NCBI GenBank assembly: GCA_018238545.1 | Contig: JABCTC010000013.1 | Location: 18,233-82,232, forward strand | From: Candidatus Heimdallarchaeota archaeon | GTDB taxonomy: Archaea > Asgardarchaeota > Heimdallarchaeia > Heimdallarchaeales > Heimdallarchaeaceae | DNA: 64,000 bases | Reading direction: 5' to 3' | Shown: positions 47,419 to 58,236 of the stretch, piece by piece | Position numbering within the stretch: the first letter of the stretch is position 1 | Layout: the number at the start of each line of letters is the position of its first letter | The notes under the pieces: model-generated | Databases searched by the model: none | Seen by the model: only the letters and a program-made list of their open reading frames with translations | Told to the model about the DNA's origin: nothing | Position numbers and translations under genes: made by a program

Positions 47419-49605
47419 TTAAGTGTAACCAATCTTTGGACTTGTAATTTGACTTGGTCGCTTGAACTTTTCACTGATTTTTTCGTAGTACTTAATAACA
47501 TCAGCTGTAACAGTGGGGTGTATTCTTTCAAGAGCACTATTGAAATGATCCATAGTTACAGTTTCAATTTCAAAACTTTCTCGAAGAGCAAGCATGCCAG
47601 ATTCCCTGCATAATGCTTCAATATCACTACCAACAAAACCTTCGGTTACTGATGCTAATTCTTTCAGTGAAACGGAAGATGCGAGTGGCATATCTCGAGT
47701 ATAAACCTTGAAAATTTGCAATCTACCTTTTTGATTAGGAGGATTTACAAAAATCAATCTGTCAAATCTACCAGGTCTCAAAACTGCTGGATCGACTATG
47801 TCGGGTCTATTTGTAGCTGCAAGAACTACTATATCCTTCAACTCTTCCAATCCATCTAATTCTGTTAATAATTGACTGATAACTCTCTCTGTTACATTAC
47901 TGTCAGAAGATGTTCCTCTCACAGGAATTAAAGAATCAATTTCATCGAAGAAAATTATTGAGGGTGCTGCAAGTCGGGCTTTACGAAAAACTTCACGAAT
48001 AGCTTTCTCGCTCTCACCTACCCATTTTGAAAGTACTTCAGGACCTTTAATAGAGATGAAATTAGCTTCAGATTCTGTAGCAACGGCTTTTGCGAGAAGA
48101 GTCTTTCCGCAACCAGGAGGTCCATAAAGCAATATTCCTCTTGGAGGTTTGATACCAATTCTTTTGAAAGCATCTTTTTGTGTAAGGGGCCATTCTATAG
48201 CTTCTCGGATATCAATTACTACTTGTTTAAGACCACCAACATCAGACCATGGAACGTTAGGTGATTCTACATAAACTTCTCTTATTGCTGTTGGAGTAAT
48301 TTCCTTATAACCGGATAAAAAGTCATCATGTGTAACTTCAAGTTGGTCTAGAACCTCGGAGGGTATACTTCCTTCACTAAGATTAACAGAAGGCAAAACC
48401 CTTCTTAGAGTTTTCATTGCAGCTTCACGAGCTAGAGCTTCTAAATCTGCACCAACATAACCGTGAGTAATATTTGCTAGTATTTTTAAATCAACGTCTT
48501 GAGTTAAAGGCATTCCACGAGTATGGATAAGAAGAATCTCTTCTCTACTATCTCTATCTGGAACATGTATTTCGATTTCTCGATCAAAACGTCCTGGACG
48601 ACGAAGAGCAGGATCAACTGCATTGGGACGATTAGTTGCGCCTATAACAATTACTTGTCCACGGGCTACTAAACCATCCATTAATGCTAATAGTTGTGCA
48701 ACTACTCTTCTTTCAACCTCACCTGTAACGTCTTCTCGTTTTGGTGCTATAGCATCTAATTCATCTATGAATACAATGCTTGGAGAATTGTCTTCAGCAT
48801 CTTTGAAAATACTTCGTAAGCGTTGTTCTGATTCCCCATAAAACTTTGACATGATTTCAGGACCATTAATAACAATGAAGTGAGCCTCTGATTCATTTGC
48901 GACAGCTCGAGCTACTAAGGTTTTTCCACAGCCAGGAGGTCCATGAAGTAATACACCTTTAGGAGGATCAATTCCTAGTTTCTCGAAAAGTTGTGGGAAT
49001 TTAAGTGGGAGTTCTACCATCTCTCGTATCTTCAGAATTTCTTGGTGTAAACCTCCAATATCTTCATAAGAAATACTAGGAGCAGTTTTTTCTCCCTCAA
49101 GCAATGGCTTTTCAGCTACTTTGAGCTGTGTACTTTCAGTAACAACTACAATCCCCGAAGGAACCGTAGTAACAACATTGAAAGGAATTGCTCTACCAAG
49201 AATTGGTATTAAGACCGTATCTTTTCTTGAAAGCGGTTGACCAAGGAGCTTTCTTTTAACAAAATTTTCAAAACTAAAATCAATATTTACTGACATTTGT
49301 TCAGGAGCTAAAGTAACTTGTCTAGCAACACTCACCTTTGCTTTTTTGACATCTACTTTATCTCCTAAAGATACACCAGCATTTCTCCTAATCACGCCAT
49401 CACAACGGACTATTTCTTTTTTCAAATCTTCAGGATAGGAAGGCCATGCTACTGCAGTAGTAGAACGTTTACCAACAATTTCAACAATGTCTCCTGTTGA
49501 AACACCAATTTTTGACATTGCCATACTATCTAAACGTACTTTGCCTCTTCCAACATCTCGTTGCTTTGCTTCAGCAACTCTTAATGTAATTTCTTTATCG
49601 GCCAT
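47419..49605 (-). CDS. cdc48: CDC48/VCP (VAT) AAA+ ATPase
   Basis: N-domain [14 protein letters not shown]; two AAA modules (GPPGCGKT x2, IDELD/FDEID, RPGRFDR x2). Confidence 0.97.
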   Translation of the reverse strand: MADKEITLRVAEAKQRDVGRGKVRLDSMAMSKIGVSTGDIVEIVGKRSTTAVAWPSYPEDLKKEIVRCDGVIRRNAGVSLGDKVDVKKAKVSVARQVTLAPEQMSVNIDFSFENFVKRKLLGQPLSRKDTVLIPILGRAIPFNVVTTVPSGIVVVTESTQLKVAEKPLLEGEKTAPSISYEDIGGLHQEILKIREMVELPLKFPQLFEKLGIDPPKGVLLHGPPGCGKTLVARAVANESEAHFIVINGPEIMSKFYGESEQRLRSIFKDAEDNSPSIVFIDELDAIAPKREDVTGEVERRVVAQLLALMDGLVARGQVIVIGATNRPNAVDPALRRPGRFDREIEIHVPDRDSREEILLIHTRGMPLTQDVDLKILANITHGYVGADLEALAREAAMKTLRRVLPSVNLSEGSIPSEVLDQLEVTHDDFLSGYKEITPTAIREVYVESPNVPWSDVGGLKQVVIDIREAIEWPLTQKDAFKRIGIKPPRGILLYGPPGCGKTLLAKAVATESEANFISIKGPEVLSKWVGESEKAIREVFRKARLAAPSIIFFDEIDSLIPVRGTSSDSNVTERVISQLLTELDGLEELKDIVVLAATNRPDIVDPAVLRPGRFDRLIFVNPPNQKGRLQIFKVYTRDMPLASSVSLKELASVTEGFVGSDIEALCRESGMLALRESFEIETVTMDHFNSALERIHPTVTADVIKYYEKISEKFKRPSQITSPKIGYT

Positions 49606-49778
49606 TTTAACTCCTCAGACAATCTTGACCATATTTTACGCTTATTTTTTCTAAAACTTCTGACTTTATAATGGTTTGTTTTATACCCTATTTTACATAG
49701 ATAATTGGGAGATTTGGGTATTTAATACCTATGAAATGATTTTGACATAATTCAAAATAGAAGAGATTATTGTTATAC

Positions 49779-50105
49779 TCAATCTTCTCCAACAGCTAAG
49801 AAGTCCATGTCTTTTGTCATTTTGTGTATTCTTCTACGCTTTTTTGAAATCCAACTAACGTGAATCAAACCCTGATTTTCAAGAGTCATTAGTGCTTTAT
49901 TTAGCTCAGAGTCACTGAAATCGCCGTACATATCTCTAAGGGGATTTTCCAAATCACCTTCTAGAAGCACTCCACCCCTTTTGTCTAATATTGTCAATAT
50001 GCAAGATTTCAAAGGTGTAACTTTCCACATTTTGTCAGAATTCATAGTGGACATAGAAGAGTTGAACTTTAAATGAGTTTTGATTGATAAAATTATCACA
50101 CTCAT
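49779..50105 (-). CDS. Small winged-helix protein upstream of cdc48 (true start probably ~50054)
   Basis: ILTILDKRGG...FSDSELNKALMTLENQGLIHV. Confidence 0.7.
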   Translation of the reverse strand: MSVIILSIKTHLKFNSSMSTMNSDKMWKVTPLKSCILTILDKRGGVLLEGDLENPLRDMYGDFSDSELNKALMTLENQGLIHVSWISKKRRRIHKMTKDMDFLAVGED

Positions 50106-50192
50106 TTCATCAATTAGATAATTTAATTAATCGAGGCAGATATTTCTAATTTAAAGATATATTCAAAGCAAAGTTTTTAATACGTATTTTTT

Positions 50193-50396
50193 TTGATGTC
50201 TTCAGTTATCATGAACACTCGAAGTAGGATATACGTGATATTCTTTTTGTCTATTGGATTAATTTTCTTATTAATCGCTATCGTACAAAACCAGATTGAC
50301 CATTATGCCGCTATTCAAACATTTACTCAAGCTAACATTATAGACTTTCTGGATACTTATACTACAGGTTTTCCAAGACCACCACCATTTACATAA
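50193..50396 (+). CDS. Small single-TM protein preceding the polyferredoxin
   Basis: One TM helix; 12 bp before the next gene. Confidence 0.55.
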   Translation: MMSSVIMNTRSRIYVIFFLSIGLIFLLIAIVQNQIDHYAAIQTFTQANIIDFLDTYTTGFPRPPPFT

Positions 50397-50408
50397 TCTA
50401 ATGGAGTT

Positions 50409-51344
50409 ATGACTATGGCAACAAAGCAAAAAAAGAATAAGATTTCAGTGGCTCTTCGTCCAATAAGCGAACACAGGATACGAATAATGAGGGTTTTAGT
50501 TCAAGTCATAAGCTTTGGGCTGATAAATGGTGCTGTTTTTGGTTTAGGAAGAATGGCAGTAATATTACCCATAGAATATCCTACTGGGGGGCCATTTTCA
50601 ACAGTATGGAATGCGTTTGAAGCTCTACAATATGCAATAACATTTGGAATGTTCCCATATCTTGCAATTTCAATTTTCATTCTTGTAGGTACCATTTTCG
50701 GAAAAACAACTTGTGGATGGATATGTCCCTTTGGTGCAGTTCAAGATATGTTCAGTTATATCCCGATTAAAAACAAAAAGGTTTCAAGACCTACAAACAA
50801 AAGTTTAGGTAAAGTAGGATTAGTATTAGTTATCTTCATAGTGTTAATGTCAATTGTTATTGGTGCCTCATGGGCCAACTCTGATCCTCACACAAAAACT
50901 GCTTGGGGAGCAGGAAGAGATATGCCATTTAGTACTATTGACCCTGTATCAACTATTTTCGCAACACTCTATTATTATCTTAAATGGGGAATTCAAGCTG
51001 AAACTGTTGGCGCAGAGATAGGTCAATGGGGGTTCTTGTTTTTCCTGAGATTAGCTATACTACTTTTTGTTGTGGTTATGATCACTTTGTACCCAAGAGC
51101 CTACTGTAGATGGTTCTGTCCAACAGGAGTTATTCTAGGGTTCTTTAGCAAATTCAGCCTTTTGGGATTAAAAATAAACAAAAATAGATGTACAAGTGGT
51201 TGTAATGATTGTGAAAAAGCCTGTCCAGTGCAAGTGCCAATACTGTCATATGACAATAATATAACGGATAAGTCTTGTACAAATTGTGGAGAATGTATAG
51301 ACGCTTGTAAGGAAGGAGCGCTAAAAATAACACTAAGGTTTTAA
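50409..51344 (+). CDS. NapH/MauN-type membrane polyferredoxin
   Basis: CGWICPFG, YCRWFCPTG, CxxxCxxCxxxCP and CTNCGECIDAC. Confidence 0.88.
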   Translation: MTMATKQKKNKISVALRPISEHRIRIMRVLVQVISFGLINGAVFGLGRMAVILPIEYPTGGPFSTVWNAFEALQYAITFGMFPYLAISIFILVGTIFGKTTCGWICPFGAVQDMFSYIPIKNKKVSRPTNKSLGKVGLVLVIFIVLMSIVIGASWANSDPHTKTAWGAGRDMPFSTIDPVSTIFATLYYYLKWGIQAETVGAEIGQWGFLFFLRLAILLFVVVMITLYPRAYCRWFCPTGVILGFFSKFSLLGLKINKNRCTSGCNDCEKACPVQVPILSYDNNITDKSCTNCGECIDACKEGALKITLRF

Positions 51345-51371
51345 TTCAATCTCTCTACACTTTCTTTTATT

Positions 51372-52619
51372 TTATTTATTTTCAAAAATAAATAATTTTC
51401 TTGCGATAACATTATGTTTTCGCCCTATTTCAACAGGGAATTTTATATTGAAAAATTTGCTTTCTTCTAAAACTGTTAAACCAGTTTTTTCACATATTGA
51501 TTTAACATTAGGATATACAGATCTCTTTAGAGGGTAATTATATTCAGGCATGATAAATAATATTTTAGCTCCATTTTTAAGCAAAGTTTTACATTCAGCT
51601 AAAACTCTAGTATAGAGCCGTTCTAAGTTTCTCATTATGAATTGTGCTTCTTCAATTTGAGGTAGGTGTTTGAAAAAGGGGCCCAAAAATGGTTCAGTAA
51701 CAACACCATCAACCTTTTTCCTGACGGCATCTGTTAGTTTCCGCGAATCGCTTAAGTGAATTCTCCACTTCTCTTTCATTTTCTCACGACTTGGGTACTT
51801 CTCAGAAAAATGATGTAGATTTGTTTTTGAAGAACGAACACATTTTTGATCTTTATCAACACCAATAACTTTCAATCCTTGCTTTAAACCTTCAATAAGT
51901 ATAGTTCCTGTACCACAGAAAGGATCTAACATTACACCATCAAACGGGATATTAGCTAATGTTACTAATGTACGAGATAATTTGATTGAAGTTCCATGGG
52001 TGAAGAAACGCACAGGTCGTTCCTCATCCTGTTTAATGTCCTTAAACGGATTAGTTACCCATCTTGTAGGACCGAAATAGATTTGTGATTTTATGACAAA
52101 TAAATTGAGTTCAACACCTCTTGAGGGAAGATTCTCTTTATTGTAATCAAATGGTGTAAGCTCATAAGCTACTTTTTTCGTTGGTAGAATTTTTACAGGA
52201 AAACTGTTTTTTTGAGAGATAGTACGTATGATTTTCCTAGTTTCTTCACTTAATTCTGATTTTTGAGTTTCATCACTAGTTCGAATGTTTAAAGATAATT
52301 TCAATTGTCTTTGCCGTTTAGGGAAATATTTTACAAAAATTTCATCAATAAATTTTATTAGGTTATCTTTCAATTCTTTTTTCTCAGAAGCTCCAACTTT
52401 AAACACAAGATTACCAAACTTGATTACACTACCCGTTTGTTCTAGCTTTTTTACAAGTTTCTTCTGAGCATTTTTCCCTAAATTCAAAAGAAGATAATCT
52501 TTCCAATCTTGATATTTGACTTGTTCAATTTTTAAAGAGTCTAAAATCTGAGAAAGTTCTGCTTTTGACAGATTTCTATTTGAACCTAGTTTAATGAAAG
52601 AATTGAATGAAATAGACAT
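51372..52619 (-). CDS. Trm11/TrmG10-like SAM-dependent (tRNA) methyltransferase
   Basis: LSRTLVTLA, LDPFCGTGTILIE, VTEPFLGP. Confidence 0.75.
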   Translation of the reverse strand: MSISFNSFIKLGSNRNLSKAELSQILDSLKIEQVKYQDWKDYLLLNLGKNAQKKLVKKLEQTGSVIKFGNLVFKVGASEKKELKDNLIKFIDEIFVKYFPKRQRQLKLSLNIRTSDETQKSELSEETRKIIRTISQKNSFPVKILPTKKVAYELTPFDYNKENLPSRGVELNLFVIKSQIYFGPTRWVTNPFKDIKQDEERPVRFFTHGTSIKLSRTLVTLANIPFDGVMLDPFCGTGTILIEGLKQGLKVIGVDKDQKCVRSSKTNLHHFSEKYPSREKMKEKWRIHLSDSRKLTDAVRKKVDGVVTEPFLGPFFKHLPQIEEAQFIMRNLERLYTRVLAECKTLLKNGAKILFIMPEYNYPLKRSVYPNVKSICEKTGLTVLEESKFFNIKFPVEIGRKHNVIARKLFIFENK

Positions 52620-52627
52620 TAAAAACC

Positions 52628-53665
52628 TTAACCGAAGAAAGCATCTAAACTTTTCTGCTTAAGAGCAGAATCTTGTCCTTTTCTAGCTTCGTTCAAAGTT
52701 TTTACTACACGATCCTTATTGAAACCACGCTCTTCGCATAAAAATTCAGTAACACCCTCTACATCAATTGGTTTGAAATTAATCGTGTAATCTTCATTAA
52801 TTTCAGGGTTTAAGAAAATATTTCGGATAGCATCAATATCTACATCAAGTACAGCCGATTCCTCATTAGAAATAACATCCTCCAACGTTCCGTGTTTGGT
52901 GATAAATTTGTAAGCAGTTTTGGGTCCTATCCCTTTCACACCATCTGGATTGAAATCGGTTCCTATTAGTATGGACATGTCGACTAGCTGTTCTTTGGTT
53001 AACTTCAAGGCTTGAAGCAATTCATGTTGGTGAAAAACTTCTACATTTACTGTAATATATCGATTTGATCTTGGCAACTTCCTTCTTCCTGAAAGAGTTA
53101 GATTTCTTACAAGTATAGGAGATCCAAATAATAAACTATCATAATCTTGAGAAGCTACTGCCCAAACTTTCTTCTTCTGAACTAAATATGCAGCTTGAGC
53201 CTCTCCTTCTGTTGGAGCTTCAATAACAGGAATACCCATAAGTCTCAACAGTTTCTTGCTATCGTCTATCATTGATGAAGTAAGAACGCTAGTTCGTTGT
53301 GCTACAACTTTAGCCCGAGCCATATCTCCTCTTTCCAATGCCTCCTCCAGTTCTTCTCTGGCTTTGCGCTTAACTTCAGCTCTTCTCTTTATTTCTTCTC
53401 TTTTTAGCTTGGAAGGTTTGCCGTCGAATACATATGAAAGTTGAATGCCCTTTTCTAAGAGCCTAGCATTTCTATATAGAAGCCCTGATAAATGACTTGT
53501 TACAAAACCTTCTGAATCAGAAAGAAGGCTGCCATCATATCCTCTAATTGAAGCCAAAAACTGATAAATAATATTTAATGCATCAACAGCTAGTTTCTTT
53601 TGTCTTAATTGTTCTAGCTCAATTGGAGTTCCTTTAAACAAATCACTTATTTTCTTTACACCCAT
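52628..53665 (-). CDS. fen: Flap endonuclease 1
   Basis: MGV, AVDALNIIYQFL, EGEAQAA, SQDYDSLLFG, GIGPKTA, C-terminal PIP box QKSLDAFF. Confidence 0.97.
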   Translation of the reverse strand: MGVKKISDLFKGTPIELEQLRQKKLAVDALNIIYQFLASIRGYDGSLLSDSEGFVTSHLSGLLYRNARLLEKGIQLSYVFDGKPSKLKREEIKRRAEVKRKAREELEEALERGDMARAKVVAQRTSVLTSSMIDDSKKLLRLMGIPVIEAPTEGEAQAAYLVQKKKVWAVASQDYDSLLFGSPILVRNLTLSGRRKLPRSNRYITVNVEVFHQHELLQALKLTKEQLVDMSILIGTDFNPDGVKGIGPKTAYKFITKHGTLEDVISNEESAVLDVDIDAIRNIFLNPEINEDYTINFKPIDVEGVTEFLCEERGFNKDRVVKTLNEARKGQDSALKQKSLDAFFG

Positions 53666-53730
53666 ATGTTAAACAACCTAGCAATAGTAATTATATTTTG
53701 AGATTTAAAAACTTGTTTTCGATAAATGAA

Positions 53731-54456
53731 TTAACCATATTTCCCTGTGAGAGGGACAAAAGCAACTCCCCCGAGATTCTTTTCAGAGAAACTTCCATCT
53801 TTTTCCTTTGTCATCAAAATAAGCTCTTGATAGAAATGCCTACCAACTGGTAACACCATTTTTCCGCCAATAGCAACTTGTTCAAGAAGAGGAGGAGGAA
53901 TCTTCTTACTTGCAGCTGCAATAGAAATAACTTCATATGGAGCATGTTCATGAAGACCAATCCCCCCATCACCTCCAATTATAGTAACTCTATCAGTATA
54001 TCCTGTTCTTGTGATATTTTCTTTTGCAAATTCAACAAGTTCAGGTACAATCTCGATAGCATAAACATGTCCTAGGTTTTCACAACCTTCTGGAGCAACC
54101 ATTTCAGCAAACATAGCTGCATTATACCCACTCCCAGCACCTATTTCAAGTATTTTATCTCCAATTTGGGGATCAGTGCAGTGAGGTGAGATATAAATCA
54201 TAACCATATGAATCGCGCTAATAGTTTGTCCTGCAAGAATAGGAAGAGGAGTATCAACATAAGCACTCTCTCTATGTTTTTGAAGAACAAATTCTTCACG
54301 AGGAACCTTTAGAAATGCTTGTTTCATCCTCTCAGTTAAACCAACTTTGTGATATCTCAATCTCGAAAGAACATTGATTTTTTCTAGTGAAGCCTTATCG
54401 TCTTGCATTGTCAACAACACAATTTTTTGTTCTATATATGTACAATATAAGGACAT
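53731..54456 (-). CDS. pcm: Protein-L-isoaspartate O-methyltransferase
   Basis: VPREEFV, AYVDTPL, GQTISAIHM, LEIGAGSGY, GGKMVLPVG, VAFVPL. Confidence 0.93.
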   Translation of the reverse strand: MSLYCTYIEQKIVLLTMQDDKASLEKINVLSRLRYHKVGLTERMKQAFLKVPREEFVLQKHRESAYVDTPLPILAGQTISAIHMVMIYISPHCTDPQIGDKILEIGAGSGYNAAMFAEMVAPEGCENLGHVYAIEIVPELVEFAKENITRTGYTDRVTIIGGDGGIGLHEHAPYEVISIAAASKKIPPPLLEQVAIGGKMVLPVGRHFYQELILMTKEKDGSFSEKNLGGVAFVPLTGKYG

Positions 54457-54664
54457 CTTTAATTAAATCTTATTGAAAAATAATATTGGATAATTTCTTG
54501 ATGTCATGTCTACAATTATAGTTGTAAACAAATCAGAATATTATCTAGATACTGCGGAAACTATCATAAGTTTTTAAAAACACAATGTTCTAAATATATA
54601 ACAGCCTTAATAAGTTATAAAAAGGAGTTACCATAAAGATAGCTGTATTAAAGGAGATTATTGA

Positions 54665-54967
54665 ATGATATCACAAAAACAATTTGAAGAGACACTTAAA
54701 TCTCTCGAATCACATCCCGGAGTTAGAGGCGTGATTATTACCAGTAATGATGGTTTACCAATATCAAGCACACAAAACCTTAGTATGGAAATGAGAGAAA
54801 ATGTTTCAGCTCTTGTTGCTTCACTTGTAGGTCGTGCTAAAGCAGTAGTAACAGAACTAGAAGAAGGTCACTTAAACTTCTTCACACTAGATACAAGTCA
54901 TGGGGAGATTTTGGTTGCACCCGAAAATGAGTATGTATTGATAGTGTTAAGAGAAAAAAGGAAATAA
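54665..54967 (+). CDS. Roadblock/LC7 (MglB-like) protein
   Basis: GVRGVIITSNDGLPISS...SALVASL...GEILVAP. Confidence 0.9.
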   Translation: MISQKQFEETLKSLESHPGVRGVIITSNDGLPISSTQNLSMEMRENVSALVASLVGRAKAVVTELEEGHLNFFTLDTSHGEILVAPENEYVLIVLREKRK

Positions 54968-55008
54968 GGAAGAAAATAACGCAGATACAATATAGCACAT
55001 AATACATC

Positions 55009-55596
55009 ATGCGAAGAAGGCAAAACAAGATGAGAAAAGACGCTTCTGGAAAAATGCATTTTAAAATGGTCTTTGTGGGACCAAGCCTTGCTGGAAAGAC
55101 TACGCTACTTAGAAGACTACATACTGATGTAACAGGAATTAAGAAGGGGGGTTTAAATAGCATTGAAGATCCTTCAGGAAGAACAATCTATTTTGATTTT
55201 AGTCCTTTTATGGCAACATCTTCTGTCATTCTAGATATATACACCGTTGCAGGACAAAGAAGACACAGACATCAAAGATCTCTAGTTTTGAAAGGTGTAG
55301 ATGGGTTGTTATTTGTTGCAGATTCATCGAGAGCTATGTTAGCTGATAATATAGAATCTGCAGAGGAATTAAAACAGGAGTTGGGAGACAAGATTGGAGG
55401 AGAAATCCCAATCGTTATAGCTTTAAATAAAAGAGACGCTCCAGATGCGATGGACAAAAGGGAATTAGTAGATGCCTTAGATTTAGGTATGAATATCCCA
55501 ATATATGAAACAATTGCAGTTGAGGGTATTGGAGTAAAAAGATGTTTCCAATCTTTAGCCAGAGAAGTGCTGCTAAAGAAAGTATATGCAGTATGA
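55009..55596 (+). CDS. MglA-like small GTPase (probable start 55030)
   Basis: GPSLAGKTT, RTIYFDF, YTVAGQ, LKGVDGLLFVADS, NKRD, ETIA. Confidence 0.9.
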   Translation: MRRRQNKMRKDASGKMHFKMVFVGPSLAGKTTLLRRLHTDVTGIKKGGLNSIEDPSGRTIYFDFSPFMATSSVILDIYTVAGQRRHRHQRSLVLKGVDGLLFVADSSRAMLADNIESAEELKQELGDKIGGEIPIVIALNKRDAPDAMDKRELVDALDLGMNIPIYETIAVEGIGVKRCFQSLAREVLLKKVYAV

Positions 55597-55639
55597 AGTA
55601 ATGGATCAAATCAGTTATTTTTAAAGAATAACGAAGAAT

Positions 55640-56698
55640 TTATTCAAAAGCTTTTCTCAGTTTTTCTACTTCAAATTCATAATACTTCAGAGGACTTTTT
55701 ACTCTGAAATTCATACGAGTATTAATAGATAACATTGCTTCGTTTGTAATAGCATTTGATGTTTCGATGAATTTTGCCTTAGGGTATTTATCTTTCATGA
55801 AGTATAGAAGTTCTGCTTTCAATGCTTTTCCCAATCCTCGTTTTCTATATTCTTGCTTAACTCCAGTTAACATCTGATGAACTATATCAGGTTGTTCTGG
55901 GTTGTACAAAAATTCACTTAAGCCACTAATTTTTCCATTTTTTTCTTTTGAAATTAATGTGTGCCATTTCATTCCCCCACCTATCCAGATATTTGCTCTG
56001 TTTCGCAAGGTATCTGGAGTTATTACATTTCGTAACTGCAAGGATCCTAGATCCTGGTGGTTGATTGTTTCTGTATAAAGATTAGCATATTCTTCAATAA
56101 TCTCCTCGGGAACAGCTTCAAAAAATACAAAGTCTACATTTTCTGTTGCTTCTAGAATTTCTTTTTGTTTTCTCCAGTTAGCCATCAGTTCCCAGTCTAC
56201 ATTACTAAAATCTAAAACTGATATTGTTTGTTCTAAAGCAAGCTTTGCTTCTTTACTTTCACAAAACCGACAACCTATTTCATTATTTGAACTCGCCATG
56301 AGTAACTTTACATAAGGTATTTCACTCGTTTTCTTTACTATTTCATCTAATAAAATAGAACCGATGTTCATTCTTCTGTGCTCAGGTAAAACAAAAAGGA
56401 TTAATCTAGCAATGTGCCCATTTTGTTTGTAAGAAGGTGATTGAGAATTCTTAACATGCAGGATTGCCTTACCAATGATGGGTCCTGAAATAGCATCTTT
56501 GTTTATAATCAGCCAAGTATAAACATCGACATGAGGGTTGGTAATCTGTAAACTTTTTCTTCGAAATTCTCTAGACGTTAATCCCTCATATGGTATCAAT
56601 TCCAAACCGATAATATCATCGAAATCATGGTATCTCTCGATTAATTCATCTGAAGCTGACGAGATTTCAAATTGCACTATTTCACAATCTTGATACAT
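55640..56698 (-). CDS. Tandem GNAT-family acetyltransferase
   Basis: VLPEHRRMNIG and TGVKQEYRKRGLGKALK, NEAMLSINTRMNF. Confidence 0.85.
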   Translation of the reverse strand: MYQDCEIVQFEISSASDELIERYHDFDDIIGLELIPYEGLTSREFRRKSLQITNPHVDVYTWLIINKDAISGPIIGKAILHVKNSQSPSYKQNGHIARLILFVLPEHRRMNIGSILLDEIVKKTSEIPYVKLLMASSNNEIGCRFCESKEAKLALEQTISVLDFSNVDWELMANWRKQKEILEATENVDFVFFEAVPEEIIEEYANLYTETINHQDLGSLQLRNVITPDTLRNRANIWIGGGMKWHTLISKEKNGKISGLSEFLYNPEQPDIVHQMLTGVKQEYRKRGLGKALKAELLYFMKDKYPKAKFIETSNAITNEAMLSINTRMNFRVKSPLKYYEFEVEKLRKAFE

Positions 56699-56760
56699 GA
56701 AACTTGCTCATATTAAATATTTAAAAAGATGAAGGTCACTCGAGATTTGTTTCGAGCAAC

Positions 56761-57471
56761 TTATTTTCTTCCTGGTGTCAGAAGGATATGATCAATATCA
56801 CTTGTTTCATTTTGATCAATAATCAAACGGATAGTAGTAGCAATATCAGCTGAAGAAAGCATCTTAGATCTATCAACATCTTTTCCATCAAACCATGGAG
56901 TATCAACAGAACCAGGGTTAATTGTTGCAGCTTTGACACCTGTTCCTTTTAACTCTTCACGAAGACACCACACCATTGCTTGGACAGCATGTTTAGTTGC
57001 AGCATAAAGAGAGCAACGAGCGGCAGTTTGTAATCCTAGATTGGAAGAAGTAACAATTATCTGCCCACTATTTTGACCTTTCAGAAGAGGTAAAATCATC
57101 TTCATCCATAGAAAAACTCCCCTAACATTAGTGTTAAATTGCGCATCATACTGGTCAAGAGTTAGATCTTCAAGATTACCAAAATATCCTACACCAGCAT
57201 TGGCTAATAAAACATCTACACCTCCAAGTTTTTGCTTGATTTCGTCAAACATTAAGCTAGCACTTTTTTCATCAGAAACATCTCCAACACCATAGAAAGC
57301 TTCACAACCTAAGGAATGAAGTTCAGCAACTATCTTCCGAAGCTTAACTTCATTTCGTCCAGTCAGATAGAAACGATGACCACTTTTAGCCATTTCAAAA
57401 GCAGTAGCCTCACCGATACCACTTGAACCACCAGTAATTACAATTCGAAAGGAATCCACGCTATTATTCAT
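56761..57471 (-). CDS. Short-chain dehydrogenase/reductase
   Basis: TGGSSGIG, NAG, YAATK, NPGSVDT. Confidence 0.93.
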   Translation of the reverse strand: MNNSVDSFRIVITGGSSGIGEATAFEMAKSGHRFYLTGRNEVKLRKIVAELHSLGCEAFYGVGDVSDEKSASLMFDEIKQKLGGVDVLLANAGVGYFGNLEDLTLDQYDAQFNTNVRGVFLWMKMILPLLKGQNSGQIIVTSSNLGLQTAARCSLYAATKHAVQAMVWCLREELKGTGVKAATINPGSVDTPWFDGKDVDRSKMLSSADIATTIRLIIDQNETSDIDHILLTPGRK

Positions 57472-57615
57472 GATATCAAGAAAAATATAATATTAATATG
57501 TTTTATCCCCGTAATATCCATGAAGAATAAAGAAAAAAAATTATCAGAAATCATCTGTGATGTGTATCCAGATATATAGGAAAAAAAAGAAAATCTACAA
57601 TTTCCTTCATCCAAT

Positions 57616-58089
57616 TTATTTTACAGGTTCAATTTTTCTAGCAAACCAGAGTAGTACTGTTGTTACTATTCCACCTAAGAGACCAGTATAGAAGGTTGTT
57701 CCAAAGTCCCAATCAGTTGCTTCACTTGCCATAATAGCAAAAATAATTGCAACTACAACTGTTAGACCCACAACGGCAATAGCAGCGATTATAGCAAAAA
57801 TTTCTAGAGTATTCTCAAAATCTTTTGGGAGTTTAAAGAATGGGTAAAGTTTATACAAAGAAACAAAGGCCACAAAGAGATAAACAAGTCCAAGTAAGAC
57901 AAGAATAACTTTACCAAACCAAGGAACAAATTCTCCATAAAGTGCAAAATCATAACCCCAAGAATAAGCCCCTTGCCACCAACCAAATTCAGCAAAAAAG
58001 AAAAGTATACCACCAACAAGACTGATTAGAAACGCTCCTAGATAGAGAGCGGGTTTAGTATTAGCAGAAGTTTTTTCTGTAGAATTCAT
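57616..58089 (-). CDS. 4-TM membrane protein
   Basis: Four hydrophobic helices. Confidence 0.7.
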   Translation of the reverse strand: MNSTEKTSANTKPALYLGAFLISLVGGILFFFAEFGWWQGAYSWGYDFALYGEFVPWFGKVILVLLGLVYLFVAFVSLYKLYPFFKLPKDFENTLEIFAIIAAIAVVGLTVVVAIIFAIMASEATDWDFGTTFYTGLLGGIVTTVLLWFARKIEPVK

Positions 58090-58194
58090 AAAAGAAATCG
58101 CTCAAGCTTATTTAAAAAAGGTTCTTAAGGACAAAAAGAAATGCAGTGTAAACGAAAGTTTTATTAAAAAAACAAAAGAAAACGATGAAAATTT

Positions 58195-58212
58195 ACATGG
58201 TATATATATCAA
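58195..58212 (+). promoter_or_regulatory. Putative TATA box of the giant ORF
   Basis: TATATATA at 58201-58208, ~30 bp upstream of ATG 58237, which fits a short-leader archaeal transcript. Confidence 0.4.
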
Positions 58213-58236
58213 ATTGATGATGAGTACTATAAGAGC

